Below the pieces are notes generated by a model. That model worked only from the letters and a program-made list of their open reading frames with translations, was not told the origin of the DNA and made no database searches. A stretch of DNA of 61,458 bases. Origin: an uncultured Clostridia bacterium (lineage in GTDB: Bacteria > Bacillota > Clostridia > Christensenellales > CAG-314). Shown one piece after another: positions 29,242-36,516 of the stretch. The stretch is taken from the NCBI GenBank assembly GCA_947625185.1, contig CANQNJ010000004.1, forward strand, positions 1-61,458, read 5' to 3'. The translations under genes were made by a program, and so were the position numbers. Each line of letters starts with the position of its first letter. Position 1 is the stretch's first letter.

Positions 29242-30074
29242 ATATAAGAATACAACCGAGTTTCTGGTTATTCATCGTGGCGGCGATAGTGTTCCGACAG
29301 GGATACTTCGCCGCCATGTATTCTGTTGCGGTATTGTTGCACGAGATATCTCATTACATAGCGGCGAGCAAGCTGTTCTACCGTTGCAAGGAGATACGAT
29401 TGGATATTTTCGGCGCGGTGCTGTACGGCGAATTTCAGGACGTCGAGGGACGGGACAGGATAGTTATTGCGTTGGCGGGACCGCTTGCCAACCTCGCGCT
29501 GTGTCTGGCGTGTCTCGCGCTGTGGTGGATAGTGCCGGACAGCTACTATTACACGGAGGTATTCTTTACCGCCAACCTCACTATGGCGTGCGTCAATCTG
29601 CTCCCGTGCTATCCGTTGGACGGCGGACGCGTACTGACGGGGTTACTCGAAAAACATTTGGGAAGCAAAGCGCTTGCCGTTACCAAGCGATGCACGGTGA
29701 TCGCGTCTTTGGCGGCGTTTGCGCTGTTTGTCTTTTCGCTGTTTACCGAAACAAAACTTTTTGCATTGGGACTGTTTGCCGTAGGACTTTTTTCCGGTTC
29801 GTTTATCAAGGGCAGAGACGCATACGAGCGTACCGTGATCACGAGCAGAGAACACTTTTACCGCAAGGGTATGGAAAAGAAAACGTTGGTATTTTACGAA
29901 CAAAACACGCTGTCGGACGTTGCAAAGCGTATGCGGGGCAATTATCTTTACTGTCTCGAAGTCGTCGATATCGATATGCGCGTCGTCGCCCGCTTCGGTA
30001 TAGCCGAGTTGGAGCGTCTTGTGGTCACGGAGCCGTTGAACTCCCGATTGCGCGATATTGTCAATTCAAGGTGA
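29229..30074 (+). CDS. spoIVFB: Site-2 (M50) intramembrane metalloprotease, SpoIVFB-like
   Basis: LHEISH, ALAGPLAN, NLLPCYPLDGG; minD-spoIVFA-spoIVFB synteny. Confidence 0.75.
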   Translation: MERLNIRIQPSFWLFIVAAIVFRQGYFAAMYSVAVLLHEISHYIAASKLFYRCKEIRLDIFGAVLYGEFQDVEGRDRIVIALAGPLANLALCLACLALWWIVPDSYYYTEVFFTANLTMACVNLLPCYPLDGGRVLTGLLEKHLGSKALAVTKRCTVIASLAAFALFVFSLFTETKLFALGLFAVGLFSGSFIKGRDAYERTVITSREHFYRKGMEKKTLVFYEQNTLSDVAKRMRGNYLYCLEVVDIDMRVVARFGIAELERLVVTEPLNSRLRDIVNSR

Positions 30075-30846
30075 CGGACGTCGGTTGAACGTTGTACCGT
30101 CGGTTGACGAGAGAATATATAGCGAGGATAAGACAAATCGTCGCCCAGGACAGCGTGTACCATTTGATATACGATACCACGCTCAGTGCCGCGGTAAACA
30201 GCGACGAGGCGAAATACCACCCGAACCTTTTTCTGTTAAAGGCGACTTTGGGTGCAAAACGCGTCTCGGAAGGCGTTTTTCTGCTCGGCAGTTGAGGCAT
30301 TTTGTCGCTTTGCAGCAGCAATTCCGTCAGGTTGGCGTCGTCCACGAGGTCTGTCTCGATATATGCGCTTGCCTGTTTCAGCAACGATTGCTCCGCTCTG
30401 TGGGCAAAGAGGTACAATTTGCAACAGTGCGCCCGTCGGGCGGCGACAACGCAGCGCGCCAACTCCTCTTTGTTGACGGCGTCCGCGGCATAGCGCAGGG
30501 CGACGTAGCATTTCTTTCCGTTCTTTTCCGCGACGAGGTCGTCTGTTCCTGCGGATATAACATCGAATCGGTAATAGCGCATCATATCCGAGATGAGCGC
30601 AATATTGTTGTCGCCGTATCTTAGATATTCGCCGAGCGCGGCTGCTTTTTTCGATTGAGCGTTTTTGCGGCTTTTGCGCTTGTCCGACGCGTTTTGCGCG
30701 CGGTAAATAAGATACCCCGCGGCGATAGCGGCAATCGCCGCCAAGCAAAAGGACGTTATGCCGTCTTTGGTGCAGTATACTATCCACAGAAACGTCAGCA
30801 TAAACACGGCGACAGCGCTTAATACCGTATTCAATATCTTAGCCAT
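30061..30846 (-). CDS. Membrane protein with central degenerate Mrr-like domain
   Basis: 2 TM + GTDDLVAEKNGKKCYVALRY + 2 TM. Confidence 0.6.
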   Translation of the reverse strand: MAKILNTVLSAVAVFMLTFLWIVYCTKDGITSFCLAAIAAIAAGYLIYRAQNASDKRKSRKNAQSKKAAALGEYLRYGDNNIALISDMMRYYRFDVISAGTDDLVAEKNGKKCYVALRYAADAVNKEELARCVVAARRAHCCKLYLFAHRAEQSLLKQASAYIETDLVDDANLTELLLQSDKMPQLPSRKTPSETRFAPKVAFNRKRFGWYFASSLFTAALSVVSYIKWYTLSWATICLILAIYSLVNRRYNVQPTSVTLN

Positions 30847-30913
30847 AACCCTATTGTTGACAAATTTGCTCTTTTTTATTGTAAAGTTTGCAAAAATATT
30901 GTAGAATAATAGT

Positions 30914-32047
30914 ATGAAAATAGGCATTTTCGGAGGGACGTTCAACCCGCCGCACAATACCCACGTCGCGATGGCTTCGGCGGCGATGGAGCAACTGCGC
31001 TTGGACAAACTCTTTGTATTGCCCTGCGGCGATCCCCCTCACAAGCATTGCGATGTGGACGCGGATATAAGGCTGACCCTTTGTCGCCTTGCGTTCGGGG
31101 ATATTGCCGAAGTGGACGATTACGAGGTGGTCAAGCGGGGCAAGAGCTACACCGTGGAGACGCTGCGTCATTATCGGGAGCTGTATCCCGACGCGCAGCT
31201 GTATCTTATTATCGGAGGAGACAGCCTGCTTGGCTTTCACAAGTGGTACCTTCCGGAAGAGATAGCGCGTCTTGCTTCGCTTACGGTTGTTTGCCGCAAA
31301 CGGCGGATGCCCGCCTCTGTTGCGCGCAGAATTGAACAACGCTTCGGCGCCGAGGTGAATTTTTTGCGGATGGAACCCACTTCGCTCAGCTCGACGGAAC
31401 TGCGATTGAGGTACGAGTTCGGTATGGATAACGGAGAATTCGTGCCGCAAGCAGTGGACGAGTACGTTCGGGACAGGCAGCTTTACTGCAAATACCGCGC
31501 GATGACGGACAAATTGAGGCAATATCTCACGCCTCAACGGTTCGAGCACACCTTTTACGTCGTCAAGCGGGGACAGGAACTTGCCGCGGAAGAAGAGAAG
31601 GACAAGGCGTTCGTCGCCTGCTTGCTTCACGATTGCGCCAAGTATATACCCAAGCGGAGATATTCCGAATACGGTTACGTTCAACCCGATGATATGCCCG
31701 ATTCCGTCGTACATTCCTTTCTCGGCGCCAAGGTGGCGGAGCGCGACTTCGGCATTACCGACGACGAGATCCTCGACGCCATCGCCTATCACACAACGGG
31801 GCGACCGGCAATGACCCGTCTGGATAAGATAGTGTATGTGGCGGACAAGACGGAGGACAGCCGCCCTTACCCTCTTTCTCATCTCAAACGCGGCGATCTC
31901 GACCGACAGTTCGTCGCTTGTCTTAAAGAAGCCTATGCGGTGTGTCTGGAACGGCATTGCGACAGCGTGTGTCCGCTGTCCGAACAAACGATAAATTACT
32001 ATTGCGATCAAAAAACTGACAAATCTGACAAACGGAGAAAACTATGA
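30914..32047 (+). CDS. nadD: Nicotinate-nucleotide adenylyltransferase fused to YqeK-type HD hydrolase
   Basis: GGTFNPPH, SYTVETL, IIGGDS, LSSTELR; then RFEHT, LLHDCAK, YHTTG, VADK. Confidence 0.92.
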   Translation: MKIGIFGGTFNPPHNTHVAMASAAMEQLRLDKLFVLPCGDPPHKHCDVDADIRLTLCRLAFGDIAEVDDYEVVKRGKSYTVETLRHYRELYPDAQLYLIIGGDSLLGFHKWYLPEEIARLASLTVVCRKRRMPASVARRIEQRFGAEVNFLRMEPTSLSSTELRLRYEFGMDNGEFVPQAVDEYVRDRQLYCKYRAMTDKLRQYLTPQRFEHTFYVVKRGQELAAEEEKDKAFVACLLHDCAKYIPKRRYSEYGYVQPDDMPDSVVHSFLGAKVAERDFGITDDEILDAIAYHTTGRPAMTRLDKIVYVADKTEDSRPYPLSHLKRGDLDRQFVACLKEAYAVCLERHCDSVCPLSEQTINYYCDQKTDKSDKRRKL

Positions 32048-32415
32048 CAAATTCTACAAACGTATCGGAAATCAACCCGACGGTCAACCAAATCTGCAAG
32101 GCGCTTGCGGAAAAACAAGCAACGGATATCAGGATATTGGAGATAAGCAATATCAGCAATATCGCAGACTACTTTGTTATATGTTCGGGACGCAGCATCC
32201 CGCAGGTCAAGGCGATATTCGAACATCTCGAAGAACAGATGGAGAAGCAGGGCAAGTTTGCCGCGCGCAAGGAAGGCTATTCCGAGGGCAGGTGGATAGC
32301 CGTAGATTACGGCGAGATCATCGTTCACATCTTCCACAAGGATACCCGCGAGATATACGGTCTGGACAATCTGTGGAATAACGGCAGCAACGTCATCGCT
32401 TACGATCCGGAGTGA
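32044..32415 (+). CDS. rsfS: Ribosome silencing factor
   Basis: IADYFVICSG, WIAVDYGEIIVHIF, YGLDNLW. Confidence 0.95.
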   Translation: MTNSTNVSEINPTVNQICKALAEKQATDIRILEISNISNIADYFVICSGRSIPQVKAIFEHLEEQMEKQGKFAARKEGYSEGRWIAVDYGEIIVHIFHKDTREIYGLDNLWNNGSNVIAYDPE

Positions 32416-32459
32416 TGTGCCGCGCCTGACGAAACCAATAGACTATAAGGAGAGAAAAT

Positions 32460-32705
32460 ATGAATTACAAAACTCAGGGCGTATGTTCGCGCGAAATACA
32501 ATTTGACGTGGAGGACGGCAAAGTAACCAACGTTCACTACGTCGGCGGTTGCAACGGCAATACTCAGGGCGTTGCGGCGCTTGTCGAGGGTATGGAAATA
32601 CACGAGGCGATCCGCCGTCTCAAAGGTATCAAATGCGGCTTCAAGGGGACTTCTTGCCCCGATCAGCTTGCCATTGCATTGGAGAGTTATCTCGCTTCCC
32701 ACTGA
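32460..32705 (+). CDS. TIGR03905-type TSCPD domain protein
   Basis: GVCS, GGCNGN, GIKCG, TSCPDQLA. Confidence 0.9.
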   Translation: MNYKTQGVCSREIQFDVEDGKVTNVHYVGGCNGNTQGVAALVEGMEIHEAIRRLKGIKCGFKGTSCPDQLAIALESYLASH

Positions 32706-32736
32706 TCTCGCGGCAGCACGGCGTCCGTCGCCGCAC

Positions 32737-32765
32737 AAAAAAAAAGCGCGTTTTTTACGCGTTTT
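32737..32765. terminator. Bidirectional terminator-like hairpin
   Basis: A9-GCGCGT-ttttt-ACGCGTTTT. Confidence 0.55.
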
Positions 32766-32777
32766 CAGTCAAAAAAT

Positions 32778-32981
32778 AATGTACACAGAATATGCTAATC
32801 TGTGTACATTTCTGCTATTATTATAAGTCGATTTCCTCGATATGTCAACAAATAGATAGAAATTTTTTGCAATAATTTTGTTTTACTTGTCTCGTAATTG
32901 TCTCGCACGGCGGTTGCGAGGCTTTTTTTATGTCGAAACGGCGAGAAATAAGTCCATAGATTAGCATATTCTATGTAATTT
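32778..32981. promoter_or_regulatory. Candidate invertible promoter segment flanked by inverted recombination-like sites
   Basis: Sites 32778-32810 and 32949-32981 share AGAATATGCTAATCT in inverted orientation; TTGACA-17-TATAAT on minus strand at 32848-32820. Confidence 0.7.
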
Positions 32982-33063
32982 TGTCGCAAAAGCGGCTCAA
33001 CAAGACATTTCCGCCGATCATCCCAGCGGCATGTATAAAACTATTTATAAGGAGAAGCACAAA

Positions 33064-33504
33064 ATGTTGAAAATCAAAAGTAAAAAGGGCTTTACGCTTG
33101 CCGAGTTGCTGATCGTCGTTGCGATCATCGCAGTACTTGTTGCAATCGCAGTACCCGTATTCGTCAGCGCTCTTGACAACGCCAAGGAGGGCGTTTTCAA
33201 TGCGAATGTCCGCTCCCTCAAAGGTCTTGCCGTTACGGAGATTCTCACGCACCAAAACAAGCAAGAGACGATTTTGGGCGAAGGTCAAGATTGCTGGGTT
33301 GCAAAAGGATATTGGGATAGCGATGGTACATTGCACCTTACAAGTATAAGTGCCGGTACCAAAAGCACAGACGAGTCGAATGTTACTACGTTTGAAGCCT
33401 ATAAAAAGTTTAAGAAATTCGGCACGGGTACGGAAGTAATTACTTTGATAGTTACAAAAGCGGACGTTAGTACTGTTAAGTACACAGATCCTACGGCAGA
33501 ATAG
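33064..33504 (+). CDS. Type IV pilin (prepilin N-terminal cleavage/methylation domain)
   Basis: KKG|FTLAELLIVVAIIAVLVAIAVPVF class III signal peptide; AAGGAG RBS. Confidence 0.92.
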   Translation: MLKIKSKKGFTLAELLIVVAIIAVLVAIAVPVFVSALDNAKEGVFNANVRSLKGLAVTEILTHQNKQETILGEGQDCWVAKGYWDSDGTLHLTSISAGTKSTDESNVTTFEAYKKFKKFGTGTEVITLIVTKADVSTVKYTDPTAE

Positions 33505-33782
33505 GCTTATTTCCAACTAAATTTCAACTTGGAAAAATTATTTTAAGTTTAGGTTTGCAGACATAATTTTTCTTTGACGGATACCTTTCCTGCGCTGGTG
33601 AGATACGCTTTGAAGCGTTGTCCGAGCGGTGACAACCGCAAGTATTGAGTTGCAGGGGGACCGTCATCAATATCAATTGCTCCGCGGCATAGCAAGGGTG
33701 TGTCGCGAGAAGCATATTCGTACTTATAGGGATGTACGGTACGGAACCTGCGGGGCGCTCGTTTGAGTGCCCCGCTTATTTT

Positions 33783-34670
33783 TCGCTCGGGTGTTCGGTG
33801 CAAAAAGGAAGTCGCTCGTGCGGTCGCGCTCAAAAAGGCTTCACTTCGCGCACGGTGTGCGCTCGTTGCAGATTATTTTGAGTCGCGACGCACTCGCTCG
33901 TGGTGGAACCCACCGTTCCACGCCCCGACCACCCGCCCCTGTCCGCAGGGGCAATGTTGATTTCTGTATATACAACCGTCCCCGACAGTCGAAAGCGTCA
34001 GCGAGACTTTCGGGGAAGGGGGACCGCGCTATGCGCGGTGGAAGAGGGATAACAGGAAGAAAGTGAAGTTTGCACTACGTGCAAGTGAAGTTGCTGCGCA
34101 GTGAAGTTTCGGCTAACGCCGAAGTGAAGTTTGCCGCTGTGCGGCAAGTTGCGGCGGGGCATTAGTTAAAGTAGCTTATTTCTTAATAATGCTTATTTCA
34201 AAGTAATTTAATTTTCGCTTATAAAGGTGTTGTTTTGTTAAAAGCGTAAAGTTAAGAAAGATTTGTTTCAAATATCCCTCTATCGTCGCCCTGCGGGCGC
34301 CACTTTCCCCGTAACGGCTTGCCCGTGACGGGGAAAGTTTTGTACAGGGACAAAACTTATAACTGTAACAAAAAGGCTCTCCTTGATGAGCAAGGAGAGC
34401 TGGCACCCGTAAGGGTGACTGAAAGGTTTGAAGTCTCAATTTAATTCCGACCTCAACTTTGCGCTCTGCGCAAAACTTCACATTTGCAACTGTAACAAAT
34501 CGTTTCTCCGCGGACAGGGGTGGGCGGTCGGGGACCTTGTAACACTCGGAGCGAGGGTATTCCAACGCAAAATAATCTGCAACGAGGGCGTAGCCCGAAG
34601 CGAAGCCTTTTTGCGTGGAATACCCTATGCGACTTACTTCACTTGCCGCCTTGCGGCAAACTTCACCTTC
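33783..34670. repeat. ~900-bp mosaic of dispersed hairpin repeat modules
   Basis: Contains family C copies (33811-33899 minus, 34549-34633 plus), a 4-unit GTGAAGT array (34063-34147), a GGCTC..GAGCTG..GACTGA module and CCCCGT modules. Confidence 0.85.
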
Positions 34671-34747
34671 TCTCTCCTCTTGCCCCAAAGGGGCAAAATA
34701 TTTTTATCCTGTTTACAAACTTCGGACAATGTGCTAAAATTATCGTT

Positions 34748-35758
34748 GTGAAAACAAGGTATCTGCAATTTACCGACCGCGACCTCGCGATTGCGGGCGA
34801 ACTTATCCGCGCGGGAGAATTGGTGGGATTTCCCACCGAGACGGTGTACGGCTTGGGCGCAAACGCCTTCGACGTAAACGCCGTCAAGGAGACTTATGCC
34901 GTCAAGGGACGTCCCGTAGACAATCCTCTCATCGTACACATATTTGACAAGGCGCAGATATACGATATTGCAAGCGAGGTCAATTCATACGCGCAGACGG
35001 TGATAGAGCGCGTTATGCCCGCGCCCATTACCATCGTCCTGCCCAAGAGGGATATTATCGGCGGCGTGGTGACTGCCGGATTGCCGAGCGTTGCCATACG
35101 AATGCCGCAGTCCTTAGAGGCGCGCAGTTTTTTGCGGGCGGCAGCCGTGCCCGTAACAGCGCCGAGCGCCAATCTGAGCGGACGTCCGAGCCCTACGACG
35201 TGGCAGCGCGTAGGCGAGGATATGGACGGGCGTATTGCCGCGATACTGTGCGGCGAGCCGTGCGGCGTAGGCATAGAGTCCACCGTCTTGGATCTGTCTA
35301 GCGACGAACCGACGGTCTTGCGCCCGGGAGCCGTCTCTGCGGAATACCTTTCGGAATTGTTGGGCAGGACGGTCAATATACTCAGCGATCCTACTTCCAA
35401 GGTCAACAGCCCGGGTATCCGCTACAAGCATTACGCGCCGAAGGTACCGATGGTATTGGAGTTGGACGACGATTGCGACAAACTGTGCGCTTTTTACGAC
35501 GGCAAGGTCGCCGAGGGATACCGTCCCGTGCTGTGGGTCAGCCGTCCTCATCGGTTCGGCGGCAGAAATGCGGTATCTATGGGAGTCAACGACCGCGAGG
35601 CGGCGGCGAAATTATTTGAAACCATGCGTACTTTGGAGACGGAATACGATTTCATCATCGCAAGTTTCTGTTGGCGCAAAAATTCGATTTACGACGGACC
35701 CGCAAGTCGCGGAGTTCTGGACAGGCTTATGAGAGCCTGCGGACACAATATTATTTGA
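34748..35758 (+). CDS. sua5: L-threonylcarbamoyladenylate synthase (Sua5)
   Basis: FPTETVYGLGA, KGRPVDNPLIVH, APSANLSG, SPGIRYKHYAP; GTG start inferred. Confidence 0.92.
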   Translation: MKTRYLQFTDRDLAIAGELIRAGELVGFPTETVYGLGANAFDVNAVKETYAVKGRPVDNPLIVHIFDKAQIYDIASEVNSYAQTVIERVMPAPITIVLPKRDIIGGVVTAGLPSVAIRMPQSLEARSFLRAAAVPVTAPSANLSGRPSPTTWQRVGEDMDGRIAAILCGEPCGVGIESTVLDLSSDEPTVLRPGAVSAEYLSELLGRTVNILSDPTSKVNSPGIRYKHYAPKVPMVLELDDDCDKLCAFYDGKVAEGYRPVLWVSRPHRFGGRNAVSMGVNDREAAAKLFETMRTLETEYDFIIASFCWRKNSIYDGPASRGVLDRLMRACGHNII

Positions 35759-35765
35759 GGTGGGT

Positions 35766-36194
35766 ATGAATATTTCTTTGGCGTGCGATCACGGCGGTTA
35801 TCAATTGAAGAGTCAGGTGAGCGATTATCTGAAACAACTCGGTCACGTCGTGCGCGATTTCGGAACATTTTCTTGCGACAGCTGCGATTATCCCGATTTC
35901 GCCCGTCCCGCGGCGGAAGCCGTAGCAAGCGGCGAATGTGAGCGCGGCATAGTTATCTGCACTACGGGTATAGGCGTGAGTATGGTCGCCAACAAGGTCA
36001 AGGGAGTACGTTGCGCACTGTGCGTCAACCCGGATATGGCGCATATGACGCGAGCGCACAATAACGCCAATATGATAGCAATGGGGCAGAAATACGTTGA
36101 CTTTGCCACGGCAAAGCTCATTGTGGACGAGTTTCTCGGCACCCCGTTCGAAGGCGGCAAACACGCGCGCCGCGTCGACAAGATAGAACAGTAA
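35766..36194 (+). CDS. rpiB: Ribose-5-phosphate isomerase B
   Basis: CDHGG, DYPD, ICTTGIG, HNNAN, FEGGKHARRV. Confidence 0.93.
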   Translation: MNISLACDHGGYQLKSQVSDYLKQLGHVVRDFGTFSCDSCDYPDFARPAAEAVASGECERGIVICTTGIGVSMVANKVKGVRCALCVNPDMAHMTRAHNNANMIAMGQKYVDFATAKLIVDEFLGTPFEGGKHARRVDKIEQ

Positions 36195-36206
36195 CAGAGG
36201 ATCGTT

Positions 36207-36512
36207 ATGATAGAAGAAGTTGTAAATTCCATAATCGAAGCCGAGGACGAGGCAAAGCGCCGCGTACAGGCTGCCGAAGCCGAAGCCGCCGAGATAGAAG
36301 CCCGTGCGGAAGCGGAAGCGGAGCGCATACGCAGAGAAGCCGCCGCGCAAGCCAAGCAATATCAGCAAGAGCGTCTTGCCGAGGCGGACGCCGAGGCTTC
36401 TCGCTTGGCAAAGGAATTGCTTGAAGAGAAAAAACGTCAAGCCGACGGTGAGACGGCAGAGCTTCGCCGCAATATGGAAAGCGCCGTCAAATTGATAACG
36501 GAGTCGCTGTAA
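36207..36512 (+). CDS. V-type ATPase peripheral stalk subunit H/G
   Basis: Ala/Glu-rich coiled coil at the head of the V-ATPase operon. Confidence 0.75.
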   Translation: MIEEVVNSIIEAEDEAKRRVQAAEAEAAEIEARAEAEAERIRREAAAQAKQYQQERLAEADAEASRLAKELLEEKKRQADGETAELRRNMESAVKLITESL

Positions 36513-36516
36513 ACAA

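Noticed and set aside
34063-34147. CRISPR array
   Set aside because: Constant part is only 7 bp, the variable parts are 9-17-bp palindromes, and there are no cas genes in the window
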